Shown here piece by piece: positions 1 to 12,490 of a stretch of 64,000 bases of DNA. Position numbers and translations under genes: made by a program. Origin of the DNA: Azolla caroliniana (Eukaryota > Plantae > Polypodiophyta); contig JBHGNT010000003.1 of the NCBI GenBank assembly GCA_043228905.1, forward strand, positions 12,276,001-12,340,000, written 5' to 3'. The notes below the pieces were generated by a model. It saw nothing but the letters and a program-made list of their open reading frames with translations. It was not told the origin of the DNA and did no database searches. Position 1 is the first letter of the stretch. Every line of letters begins with the position of its first letter.

Positions 1-720
1 GACTAACTAAAATGGCCAGATTTATTGCTACTAAAACCACGGTAACAACTCTTGAATTGGCTTACCAATTCGTTGACGAGTTATTTTGTTTTTATGGGTT
101 ACCAATGGATATCGTGTGTGATCGAGATCCAAAGTTTACTAGTGACTTTTGGACACAAGTCTTCAAGAAGTTAGAAACTACATTGAGCATGAGCTCCACG
201 GATCATCCTCAATCCGATGGACAGACAAAACAAGTAAATCAAATTATTGAGGACATGCTTCGAGCATACGTTGGTGCAAAACCAACAAAATAGGAACATT
301 ATCTCCCAATTTTGGAGTTTGCTTATAACAGCTCCAAGCATACATCGACGGGATATAGTCCTTTTATGTTGATGTATGGGTAGGTGCACTAAGTTCGCCC
401 CACAGTTTTGTGGACCTTTTACAGTCCTCAATTGCATTGGGTCATCAGCATATCGTCTTGCTCTTCTCGATGGTGTTGAAATTCATCTAGTTTTTCATGT
501 GAGTCTGGCGACAATACAGTTACAACTGAAACTTTGGTTACTTCTAAAGAATTATCATCTAAACCACATGTACCAGAAAGAATTCTCGATGTTAAAAAAA
601 AAAATTACGTACTAAAGAAATCCGAGAATTTAAAATAAAATGGATGGATAAATCAATAAAAGATGCCACATGGGAACGCGGAAATACTCTCAGAACTAAC
701 TTCCCTAACTTTCCATTGCA
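1..720 (+). pseudogene. Ty3/gypsy chromovirus integrase C-terminus with GPY/F motif and chromodomain remnant (degraded)
   Basis: ORFs 12-293 (IVCDRDPKFTSDFW..DHPQSDGQT) and 376-615 (KFAPQFCGPFTVL..AYRLAL); chromodomain-like IKWMDKSIKDATWE at ~630-700; stops and frameshifts. Confidence 0.85.
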
Positions 721-752
721 AGAGTGCAATGTTTTAAAGAGGGGGGGGAGTA

Positions 753-1207
753 TGTTACGGGCATGACCATATAATATCCCGTGGTGAGAATTTACCGTAG
801 TATTCTAGCCACGTGGATAAGTGTGAGGGTTAAACAAGAGTGTAAAGAAGGGGAGGATTACTTTTAATCCTCGGGATTGAGACAACCCATTAGGCCAAGT
901 GTGAACTTGCCTGGGGGCCTTGGGTATCGCTATAAATAAGAGGCCTAGCTACCCTCATTTCATCGTCTTGTTAACTACGTCGAGACTTTGTCTTGTGGTG
1001 GGTCAACTCTTGTAGCGAGCGCGCCAACACCAAGTAGGACTCAACGCCATGACGATGGTATGGGACGCCGATCGAGGCTCGAGTCTGTCTCGATCCCTTT
1101 GCTCGGGGGTGGTTGGGTGGATCGACACCCTTCTTTCTCTCTCTCCTTTCTATCTAGATCTATCTTTTATCCTTATTTTATGCTTACATTAGTTCATGTC
1201 TCTAACA
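753..1207 (+). repeat. 3' LTR of the chromovirus, preceded by PPT (736-750)
   Basis: AAAGAGGGGGGGGAG, 2-nt spacer, then TGTTA...TAACA termini; TATAAATA at ~930. Confidence 0.75.
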
Positions 1208-1654
1208 GTCAACTCTAACGCACATTGTACGACGAAGGTGGACGAAGTGCGGAGTGTCTTGACCAAGGAGACAGTCGGAATGAAGGTGGCACATGCACGA
1301 GACATGAAGGGTTAAGCTCAAGAAGAACACAAGGAGCCATGAGAACCGGTCTTGGCAATGCAAAGAGTGAACGAAGAATATGGTGGATTGGATGGCGACA
1401 ATGGTTCGGGTGGAAGGAATGGACGTGCTCAAAATGGAGAGAAAAAGTCAACATAGCAGGAGAAATAGAGGGTACTACGGATGAAGGGGAATAACAAGCA
1501 TCGGCAACTTCGGCACATACCGGACGATGTGCGGGTTCGGAGGGGGCGAGTGTCGTAGTGTATTTCGTACACTACGTGAAAAACGTATAAAGTACCCGAT
1601 TTAATAACCATGAACAAAACGAAGAAAATATGAGAATACACATTACATGCATAT

Positions 1655-1715
1655 GGCAAGATTCAAACCTTGTACCTCCATGTTAATAATTTGAAGCCTT
1701 ACCATTACACTAACA
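1655..1715 (-). other. Degenerate tRNA-derived sequence (SINE head or tRNA pseudogene)
   Basis: Minus strand has an A-box-like TAGTGTAATGG and a B-box-like GGTTTGAATC at tRNA-like spacing; the cloverleaf is incomplete. Confidence 0.35.
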
Positions 1716-2224
1716 CATCATCAAGATGAAAAAAGCTTTAGTTAGAAGAAAAACACATGATAAAAAAAGCTACACATGCACATCTAGCGTGTATGAACAC
1801 TATAGTTCATAAAAAATGCATGATCAGTTTTAGAAAAAGCATGTTAGAGAAAGTATAGTCTATTGATAGAAAAAACATGGAGTTGATAGTTAGAGAAAAA
1901 TCATGGATTGCTGAGACTCTCTCATCACTATATAAGGATGGAGAGAGAAAATTATGGATGAAAAATCATTAGGGTTCAGAAATAATGATTAATAAAATAA
2001 ATTATACTCGTGGGATTCACGAGGTTTCTATATCCTTTTCATTCAATCTAAATTCATATTCTTATCTAGATATTGATTAATAAAATACATTATACTTCTG
2101 GGAATCACAAGTTTCAATCTCTCTTTCTTATAATCTATTTATATTCTTATTAGCCTTAAAACTCTCCTCCTTCTAGTCCAAAACCCTAGGGGTTCCCACC
2201 CAACTCACGCAACGATCGGCCGTC

Positions 2225-2340
2225 AACGTGGTTTTTTCCCAGTTCGGGTTTTTCCACGTTAAATCTTGTGTCTCTGTTTTTTTCATTTTCTATCCCTCGT
2301 TTCTATCTGTGCATTACCTTGCTCATTTTCTTTGCATCTA
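2225..2340 (+). repeat. Orphan copia-type LTR R/U5 fragment
   Basis: AACGTGGTTTTTTCCCAGTTCGGGTTTTTCCACGTT motif shared with the copia LTRs in this window. Confidence 0.5.
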
Positions 2341-2369
2341 AATGAATACATGAAACCGATTGTGGCCAG

Positions 2370-3337
2370 TCACGATCCCGACATATCCTCCTCACTAAAT
2401 TCGACTAAATATCTCTGATCGAACTTCTCCTTGTCCGAACTACTGTCAGAAGTTAAATCGGGAAGTGCTCTAAGTTCCCCTTCAACATCTTGCTGGATTT
2501 GTTCAGCAACCTCCGAACTATCGAAAATACCACCTTCTACACGTCGGCTCTTCGATCTCATGCAAGGTTTTCTACTTTTTGCAGGCTGATCTTTATTCAG
2601 TCGACTAGATGACATCCACAGTTCCCCTTCAGCTTCTTGTTGGACTGGTTCAGTAACCTCCGAACTATCGAAAATACCACCTTCTGCATGTTGGCTCTCT
2701 GATCTTGTGCGAGGTCTTCTGCTTTCTACAAGCCGGTATGTATTCAGGCAACTAGACGATATCCAATCTCCTTGTTCTCCGCGTATAGCAGATGTTTTAG
2801 GGCGTGCCAAAATAAGTTCCATGATTACTTACTGCTATTCACTCTTGCTTAATTCTCGTTGTCTTATATCCGTCACTTCTAAATCAATCACTTAATCTAA
2901 TCACACACATAGATGTAATTGTGAAACCTAATCACTCTCAAACTTTTGATCGACTGTATAGAGAGACACACTCTCTCTCTCTAGTCATACAATTCAATAT
3001 GACGACACTCAAAACAACGAAATAAACATGAAACACATAGTACTCTAAACTAAAATTATATTAAATTCATACACTTATAGATAAATCCTTTTTACAATGC
3101 CTTGTACCCCTTTTTATAGGTGGTATAGAAGTTCTCCAAGAAACCACAAAATTGCCTTTTGGCAAGCAACCTAAACAGCAATTATATCTACCAAATATCT
3201 ACTTGGCATTTTACGACTATTACATTTTTTACTACTTATGATTTCACACTTGTCCTTTTCCAACCTCTAGCTCAGTTGACTACTCTTACGACTACTACTT
3301 TGGACTTCTATCCTAGGGTTGACATACCTTGGTAACA
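2370..3337 (-). mobile_element. 5' fragment of a non-chromovirus gypsy: LTR (~2822-3337), PBS (2800-2809) and gag leader
   Basis: Minus-strand TGGCACGCCC as in the G1 PBS; CCTATAAAAAGGGG TATA; ORF 2370-2822 with RPRTRS as in the G1 gag N-terminus; left LTR boundary approximate. Confidence 0.6.
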
Positions 3338-3539
3338 CTTGTGTGCTCTTCTAAGTTCCAAAGCTCGACGAGTTGTGGTTAATGAAAGCCTTTGGCTCCA
3401 AACACTAGGCAATGAGCTCCTTTCCGGGCAAGTACTCTTCATCGTCAAGCAAAGCTCGAGTTTTCTCCACCCCTCCTTACTCCCTAGTTTGAGACCGCCA
3501 TGGTCCCGCTCGAGTAACACACTCACGTGAAAATTCACG

Positions 3540-3840
3540 ACAACATTCTTGATATCCATTTTATTGAGATGCCACCCCTTTGCCACCGCGATGGCTAGCA
3601 CCACATGCACCGTATTCGTCTTCACTACTGGCATCTTCGCTATCGCAGGAAGATCTCATCATAGTTGATGCCATGTGTTTGTGCATAGCCCTTGACATTG
3701 TCATTGGCGTTGTATTTCACCTTGAATACCCATCTGCATTCGATTGGCTTGACTCCTTTTTAGGGGTCAACCAGGTCCCAAGTCTCATTTTTGGCCAATG
3801 CTTTCATTTCTTCCTCCATTACCGATTTCCACTTGGCAAC
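3540..3840 (-). pseudogene. Ty1/copia reverse transcriptase fragment
   Basis: PVVKTNTVHVVLAIAVAKGWHLNKMDIKN plus upstream WDLV/CRWVFK-like motifs. Confidence 0.75.
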
Positions 3841-3841
3841 G

Positions 3842-4331
3842 TGTGATGCCTCCACGTAGCTTTCTGGCTCACAGACTTTAGCCGAAGCCAGTCGAAGGAG
3901 AAGACAAATCCGAGACAACTAACTCGGATAAAGGTTATGATTTGGATGAGCCAAATAAGGAGGACATCGAACGAGTGAGAAGACAAGCTAAAAAGAATAG
4001 CGTGCAGAAGTTTACAAATAGACATAGTCACTCCACAAGACAGATAGGTATACACATAGAATGTAAGGAGAGAGAGGCAAAGAGACACAAAGAGTAGACA
4101 ACAAAAAATATATTTTTAAATAATAACACTTTGGACAACAAAATGTGCTTAGTGAGCACTCTTTATACAAGTCCTGAAAAGGACTCATAGAAGTACTGAC
4201 ACGTACTTCAATGCTCATAAATGAGCTACTAACACCAATTCCTAAAATATTCCTATTACTAAGCATAGGAATATAGGCCCTAAGTGTGCTAAGTGTGATC
4301 TTTGTATTGGTCCATTGATTTTGTGTTAACA
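3842..4331. repeat. Probable LTR or solo LTR of an unclassified family (family X)
   Basis: GCTCATAAATGAGC and ATTCCTATT..ATAGGAAT block shared with 5640-5708 and 63357-63424; boundaries approximate. Confidence 0.4.
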
Positions 4332-4559
4332 ATCGACTCTTTGCCTTCTGTGTTCGGGAAGGTGTTGTTTCTTTCCTCTCTATTCTACCCTTATCGACTT
4401 GCGTCTGTGATCCCGTGTGCTCATCTTTCAGAACCGTTGACAGGGTCATATCGGATATGGTTCTACGAGCCCATCTGTCACTCATTCTTAAGCACCTTGG
4501 TCGAGACCCCGGTGGTCCTGCCCGAGCCAAGCCGCAAGTTGTAGATTTCCACGACATCT

Positions 4560-5480
4560 TTGGTGAACCCGACGTGAAAAGGGTGATAGGGAAGTTAAGA
4601 ATGAGGGGAAGTGAGTCCGTAGAACCATGGTGGCAGCCGCTGAACTCCTTGTAAATGCTTCAAAGAGCTTTGCAAGCCTCGACAGGTCCATCGAAACGAT
4701 AGTCAGCACAATGGGTTGATTTAATGGGAGAGATATTACAAATTACCTGGAGGCCTATGAGGTAAAAAAGTTAATGTGGGATATTCTAGAAGATAGGCGG
4801 TTGCCATCCACGTTGAGGTGCTCGAGATACAAGTTAACTTCCATAATTGGTTAGAGTTTGCGGAGCGACTCGAAAGGTATGGCTTTGATGACGTGCTCCA
4901 ATTGTCGAAGAAGGTTTTCATGGAGTGGGTCGAGCTCCCTGGGAAAGGAAGGAATACGATGGCACTTCTCCAAGAATTCAACAAGAGATTTGCACGACTC
5001 TCGGCACTAGACCGGTCCGTGCTTAATACGAGCAAGGGCCTACTATTCATCAAGTCAGTCAACTCATAGGATTGTGTGAAGGTGGGTGTTGTCTTGAAGA
5101 CGGATGATGGCTTCATGACCGACTGGACGATGGTCAAGAGGGTATGTAGTGATTTTGATAAACTGCGAGAATGGAATGACGAGGGGTCCTTATCAACCGG
5201 ACCAACCACGAAAGGAGGAGTAACGGGGGAGGTGCCGACTCGATCACGCTAGACGAGAAGGTAAGTCAAGTCGGGCCCAGTTCCAACCAATCTGGTTGAC
5301 GAGTCGTCATAAGGAACAACACTAGAGGAGCTCACAAAGATGGTGCATAACCTCCAACTTGCTCAGGCTCGGAGGGATGGTGGGGTTCAATCACGTGACT
5401 GACACCTGCCTGATGGCCTTAGGTGGATGTGGTGTGACAATGTCGACCACATTCAAAGCGACTATGCTGACTTCGCCAAG
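4560..5480 (+). pseudogene. Degraded retrotransposon gag-like region
   Basis: ORF 4818-5069 (ERYGFDD..KKVFMEWVELPGKG..LLQEFNKRFARLS) in a stop-ridden gag-like frame. Confidence 0.5.
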
Positions 5481-6239
5481 CCGCTATGTGAAAGAATACA
5501 TGTGCGGAAGCATGTCTGATAGACACAATCGGTTTAGGAAACTCTACAGTTAGGTAAACATAGATAATGGATACACAATGAGAGAGTGCACTTTATATAC
5601 AGGCCCTTGACGAGTGGGCGACAAAAGTACCATCAATACTTGAATTTCCATATATGAGCCTGACACTTTTCTGCCTACATTATTCCTATTTACTATAATT
5701 GGAATACATATTGCGCTCGTGACTGGCCACAACTGGTTACCGTTCGTATATTTGTGTGCAAGAAATAATGCTCAAACAGAAAACCGAAGAACAGAATAGC
5801 TAAAAAACAAAGAAAACACGGATTTTACCGTGGAAACCCGAACTGGGAAAAACTACATGGAGTCCACTTGCTCCGAAAACAGATCACTATGATGATGAGG
5901 GGGTACAACAAGAAACTCAGAGAAAACGACCTCGAGTTCTTCTTCGTCAACAGACGGCTATAGAGTTGCACTTACTCACACTCTCCCTCTCTCACACATT
6001 CTCTCAGTTACGGAGACCACTACCCCATACTAACTATCTCACGATAAATGATACATATAATGATTGCTCTAGATGCTTATATACTAGTACAACTTTCGGT
6101 TATTTACAAGTATAGCCCAGAGAGGCTTATTTCAACTATTTACATATATAGTCTCCCGAGTTGGCTGTCTACACGAGTTCCTCATCAACTCTGCTCTTCT
6201 CTCTTCCCATCTGGAGGGACCTGTTTCCCAACAAACTCC

Positions 6240-9200
6240 CCCTGCAGTCCGGCATGGGTACTTCACCTGTCCGACCTTCTATCGGCATGTGTTCAGCTTT
6301 TCGGCTAACAACACCTTCATTAGTATGTCCGATCCATTCTCGGTAATGTGAACCTTAGTCAGAGCAAAATCCTTCCCTTCTACTAGCTCTCGGAGCCAAT
6401 GGTATCTTCTCTGAATGTGTTTGGTCCTCGAGCGGTAGGCGACATTTTTCACAAGTGTGATGGCACTCTGATTATCATAGTAGAGTTGGAATTCTTCCTG
6501 TCAAATTCCCAATTCACTAATAAACTCCTTCATCCATATGATTTCCTTGCCGGCTTCCGCTGCGGCCATATACTCGGCTTCCGTGGTTGACAGAGCTATG
6601 GGCTTCTGCACCCTCGATTGCCACGAGATAGTTCCCCCGACATGAGTCATTACGTATCCAGATGTGGATCGGCTGATATCTTCATTAGTCGACATGTCTG
6701 AATCTGTGTAACCTTCTAGGAAAGCTAATTAGCTACTAGGAAAGCTAATTAGCTACCATGATAGCTAATTAGCTACTAGGACATGTAGGGTTACTTGAGC
6801 TGAAACAAAGACACATATTCAAGGTGCCTCTCAAGTACCAAAGTATCCACTTCACAGCAGCCCAATGCTCTCTACCGGGATTGCTCATATATCGGCTAAC
6901 AACTCTGATTGCGTATCCTATGTCCGGCCTGGTACAAACCATTGCATACATCACGCTTCTAACTGCCGTAGCATAAGGAACCTTTTCCATCTCGGCCTTT
7001 TCTTTTCTCTATTTTGGACATTGGTCTTTACTCAGCTTGCAATTCGTAGGCAGTGTTGAGCCGACTAGTTTCGTGCTCTCCTTGCAAAATCTCTGGAGCA
7101 CCTTTGTCACATACTTTTCTTGTGACAGCCACAATAATTTCTTTGTTTGATCCCGGACAATGTGCATCGCCAGGATTTGCTTTGCCCGACCCATATCCTT
7201 CATCGAGAATGACCTACTCAAGTCTTTCTTCACCACTCAGATCTTCATATAGTCTCGTCTGACAATCAACATGTCGTCCACATACAACAAGAGGATGAGA
7301 AAATCCACTACGTCAAACTTCTTCACAAATATGTAGTGATCAGCCTTGCGTTTTTTGGTACCCATTGTCGGTCATGAAGGAGTCGAACATCCAGTACCAT
7401 TCCCGGGGATCTTGCTTTAATCGGTATACGCTCTTCTTCAACTGGCATACTAGGTGCTCCTTCTTCATGTAGGAACGTCGTCTTGACGTCTAGTTGCTCT
7501 ACCTCGGGGTCCATGCTTGCCGCTATGCTCAACACCGTCTGGATGGATGTCATCTTCACTACCAGGGCAAATATGTCATCGATATCCACTCCTTTCTTCT
7601 GTTGGTAGCCCTTCACCGCAATGCAGGCCTTATACCTTGGTGGATTTCCGGAGTTCCCCGGTTTCAACTTGTACACCCACTTGTTCTGGAGTGCCCTCTT
7701 TCCTTTCTGCAACTCCGTGAGCTCATTGTGTATGGTTCTCATGTAGGGAATCCATCTCATCCAAGACGACACTCTACCACTTGTGGTTGTGGGTGTCTTT
7801 ATTTGCTTCTTTGAAACTTTCTGGCTCCCCCTCATCGGTCAGTAACACATGCTCTGCATCCAGAAATCTCAAGGGGGCTCTTCTCTTTCTAAGAGGATAT
7901 CTTCTTCCTTCGCTCTTGACTACCGATTCCTACGTTTTTTCTTCATTGGAATCCGATTCGGAGCCTTGTCCGCTACCGGTGTCTTGATCTTCTTCTTCGA
8001 TTGGTTCTGTCTCTGGACCGACTCCAGCCGGTTCTTCGAGTGTTATCTGGCTTCCGGCCACATGGGTCCCGTCGGTTGATCCGGAGTATGCTATCTTCTT
8101 CTTCGATTCCCAATCGGCAATACTCTTGTCTTCCATGAAGACTATGTCTCGACTTTGGAACACCATCTTGTCGACCAAACCCACACTTGGTAACCAAACT
8201 CATCATCACTATATCCAAGGAATATGCATAGTCGGGACTTCGGATCTAGTTTCTTTCTCTTGTCCTTTGCTACATGTATGTAGGTGAGACAACCGAACAC
8301 CTTCAGATGCCGGTAAGACACATCTTTACCGGTCCATACCTGTTGCGGTGAGTCTCCTTCCAAGGGTGCTGAGGGTGATCTGTTTATCATATAGGTCGCT
8401 GTCATCAGCACCTCAGCCTAGAACTTCTTGGGTAACTTTGCATGTGCTAGCATACTCCGGACTCTCTCCATTGCAGTCCGGTTCATCCTCTCAGCCAATC
8501 CATTTCGCTCTGGTGTCTTCGGCACAGTAAAATTCGAGCCGATCCCCTTCGATCGGCAGTACTCCTCGAACTGCCCCTGGTATTCTCCTCCGTTGTTCGT
8601 TCGAACCACCTTGAGCTTCTGGCCAATTTCCCTTTCCACTCTCGCGTGGAAGTCCTTGAAGACGGACAATACCTGATCCTTCATCTTCATCGGTGAGACC
8701 CATAGTTTCCGACTGTGGTCGTCTATGAACGTTACGAAGTACTGCGATCCTGGATGTGACTTCCTGTTCACTTGGCATGCATCAGTATGCACAAGTTCTA
8801 GCGGTGCATTCTGTCTCGACAATGTTCTTGTCTGGAAAGAGGTTCGGTATTGCTTGCTAGCCAAGCAATCAGTGCACTTCTCAATATTCACGTCTTTCGC
8901 CTTCGGAATGAAGTTGTCCTCGGCAAGCTTCTGCATCCCCTTCTGGCTCATATGGCACAACATCTTGTGCCACAGTTCTCCGACATTTTCTTCCCCCTGG
9001 CATAATCGAGCATGCATAACATTGAGTGTGTTGGTTTTCCGTGCCCGAGGCACGATTAGGCACCCCTTGCAGAACTTCATGACACTGTTCCAGATGCTAC
9101 CCAGGTAGCCTTCATCATCCAACCGACTGGCTGATATTAGGTTCAATCAAACCTCTGGAACATGTCGAAGATCTCTCAACACAAGTCTACAACCAGTTGA

Positions 9201-10253
9201 CGTCACCAAACACACGTTTCCAATGCCAACGATTTGGCATGCTACTTCATTTCCCATCTTTACAGATCCGAGATTTCCGGTTCTATAAGATGACAAGCAT
9301 TTACGGTCGGGAGTTAGGTGAAACAATGCACCTGAATCGACCACCCATGTTGATTCATCATCGACAAGGTTTGCTTCATTTTGCTCACTAATGAACGACA
9401 ACTCATCTTCACTTGTCGAGATCGCGGTGTTCTTGCTTTCCGAAATCCTTTTCGGCTGCATACCTTCAGCTCAACTGTTTTCCTTTCAGAAATGTCGGCA
9501 ATTCTTCTAGAAATGCCCTGGCTTCCCACAATAGAAGCATGTGGGAATTCTGACAAAACAACTCCCTCTCGACTTTGACGTGGTCCCCGACTTATCTCGG
9601 TTCTGGGGACTTCAATTTCGGCCCCTTCCCCGAATCGTGTCACCTTTCGTGACTAAGGCCTTTTGGTTGGTATTGGACTCTCGGTCCTTCCAGCGAGCTT
9701 CTTCATTCAGCAAGCTCGAATTCACCTGCTCTAGGGATAGGTATTTCCCTTCCGGTTTCGCATTGCCCAATGTGACATCTAGCATTTCCCAACTATCCAG
9801 AAGGGATCCCAACAACAACAGTGCTAATACCTCATCGGCTAGAGGCACTTCTAGAGAGGTGGTTTGGTTCATTAGTCCTTGGAAGACATTGATGTGCCCC
9901 ACCATGTTGGAGCCATCCTCATATCATAGTCTCATGATTTTCCGAAATACTAAAACTTTGTTCATGGCGTTCTTGTTTTCGAACATCATGCCAATCTTCT
10001 TCTAGAGGACGTCGGCTTTTGTTTCTTCACCAAAATTGTTGTATAGACTCATGTCTATAAAACACCTTATATATGCGGCCTCCTTCAGATGCAACACTTC
10101 CCAATTCGCTGAATCGATCTTGTCTAGTCTTTTATCTCCAAACTACACCGACAGCCAAAGATCTTTGCACACAAGCATGTCTCTCATCTTTGACTTCCAC
10201 ATTGAGTAGTTGGAGTCGGTTAGCTTAAACATGCCGCCGAACGAGTCTTCCAT
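6240..10253 (-). pseudogene. gag-pol: Copia A gag-pol (fragmented)
   Basis: MFKLTDSNYSMWK, WVVDSGA, LWHKMLCHMS, TPERNGLAERMNRT, VPYATAV, ALSTTEAEY; many stops and frameshifts. Confidence 0.92.
6716..6780. repeat. ~3.2 copies of a 20-bp palindrome-containing tandem insert inside copia A pol
   Basis: CTAGGAAAGCTAATTAGCTA units; absent from homologous copia copies. Confidence 0.85.
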
Positions 10254-12050
10254 TTCTCTGATACCACTTGTTGTGCTCGTGACCAGCCACAACCTGTTAC
10301 CGTGTGTATATTTGTGTGCAAGAAATAACACTCAAACAGAAAACCGAAGAACAAAATAGCGAAAAAACAGAGAACACAGATTTTACCGTGGAAACCCGAA
10401 CTGGGAAAAACCACCTGGAGTCCACTTGCTCCAAGAACAGATCACTATGATGATGAGGGGGCACAACAAGAAACTCAGAGCAAACGACCTCGAGTTCTTC
10501 TTCGTTAGTACACGACTATAGAGTTGTAGTTACTCACACTTTTTCTCTCTCACACGTTCTCTCAATTACGGAGACCCCTACCCTGTACTAACTATCTCAC
10601 GATAAATGATACATATAATGATTTCCCTAGATCCTAACATACTTGTACAACCTTTGAACTATTTACAAGTATAGAACAAAGAGGCTTATTTTGACTATTT
10701 ACAGATATAGTCTCCCGAGTTGTCTATCTACACTATTTACAGATATAGGCTTCCTCATCAATTCAGCTCTTCTCTCTTCCCATCCGGAGGGACCTTTTTC
10801 CCAACAATACATGCCCTGAACGGCCTTTTTCGGATTTCATCTGATTCGGCTCTTTGGCCCTCGCTCTCGGCTCTTAAGCCGATTCGGCCCAGGTTTAGCT
10901 TGTTTCTCAACAATCCCCCTCAAGCTCAACTTGAGGTTCCGCCTTGTCAGCTCCAGCTGGTTCTTCATTCTAGTCTATCGTGGAGTCCCAATGCCTCTCT
11001 TGCACTCCTCGTCTAGTTCAACCTTGCGTACCACAACCCTTCGGTCCTACGCTCCTCGACTCGTATGATTCTGCGAACCTCGACCCCTACACTCAACTTG
11101 TCTACTGCTCGACCCAAGGTTAGCTTCGTTGCTGTCGTGGTGCTCGCACCCCTTGACCCGTTGACTCTTCCAGGTTGGTGTCGGCTTCGACAACCTCCTT
11201 GTCCGCTTGGTCAATCAATTTGGCTCCTCCGAATCGAACATTTTGATTGAATAGGCTTCTGATTCACTTCGACTCTTGACCGAATCAATTGTCTCTAATT
11301 TGTCCTCTTTTCGTCCCTTGACCACATCTGATGTTGTTTGGTTGACAGACGACTCTCTATGACCGACAGACAATAAGGTCGAACGTTCTATGATGGACAT
11401 TCTATCAAAGAACTGTGGAATACGAATGGATTATACTAGATTAATTGTAGCCTACAATATTGTATTCCTATCGTGATTGACTATTCTAGTTAGTACAATT
11501 ATAGCAGAACAAAATTATAAACAACAATATTATCGACACAAGTGCTTAGAATTCTTATAACTAAAAACTATGTTAACTGAAAACAGACGATAGAATTACA
11601 ATGCTTTTGATTCCTTTTATAGGTAACCTGAAGACTTCCTCATCAAGAACTATACTTGTCCGGTTCATTTCTTGACTAGCTAACATTTGGCACGCCTAGG
11701 AGTTGAGATTGGGGTTGGCTTTGGAGCTGGGGTTGGAGTGGGAATTGATGTTGGCCTACGAGATTGCGATATTAGAATAGGTGAGGCCGCGGACTCCTGT
11801 TGTCGGACTGGTTCCAACTTATTGCCCTCGACGGGTGTCGATTCTGATTCATGTTGGGAAATCGGTCCCTCTAGATGGGATCCGGTTATGAATAAAGAGG
11901 GCCCGGTCAGAACCAGAAGAGATCCGGAAACCGGATCGGATGGACCCGGTCAGAACCGGAAGAGAAGACATATTTGTAAATGTATTGAGGCTATATTTGC
12001 AAATAGCCCTAAGTTCATATAAGTATAAATATGACTTAGGGAAATCACTT

Positions 12051-12490
12051 GATTGTGTTGACAGTGAAGTGTTGTTATATTGTTGTATGTGTATAACTCG
12101 TGTGTACAGAGAGAGAGTGAGACAAAAATAGAGTTACAGAACAATACTCTGTTGTAACCATCACTTAGCGAAGAAATAGGGCTCGAGGTCGTTGCCTCTG
12201 AGTCTCTAATTGTACCTTTCTCATATAGTGATAGTTTTGGGGTCTGTGGACCCTTGTGGTTTTTCCCTTATTGTGTTGACAGTGAAGTGTTGTCATATTG
12301 TTGTATGTGTATAACTGGTGTGTATAGAGAGAGAGTGAGAGAGAAAGAGAGTTATAGAAAAATACTCTGTTGTAACCGTCGCTTGGCGAAGAAATAGAGC
12401 TCTAGGTCGTTGCCTCTGAGTCTCTGATTGTACCTTTCTCATATCGTGATAGTTTTGGGGTCTGTGGACCCTTGTGTTTTTTCCCCTATT
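12051..12490 (+). repeat. ~220-bp tandem duplication within the copia B 5' LTR
   Basis: ATTGTGTTGACAGTGAAGTGTTG..TTTTCCC occurs twice here and once in the 3' LTR. Confidence 0.85.

Larger units (their letters stand above)
5709..10806 (-). mobile_element. Copia A, full-length degraded Tork/Tnt1-like element
   Basis: LTRs 5709-6233 and 10269-10806; TSD ATACA/ATACA; PBS TGGTATCAGAG (10256-10266); PPT next to 6234; order gag-PR-IN-RT-RH. Confidence 0.93.
5487..10925 (-). repeat. Family-X 3' LTR (~5487-5708 plus 10812-10912) split by copia A, with PPT at 10913-10925
   Basis: Joining across the ATACA TSD recreates sequence similar to 63340-63582; minus-strand GCTTGAGGGGGATT then TGTTGAG; left boundary approximate. 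Confidence 0.6.
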
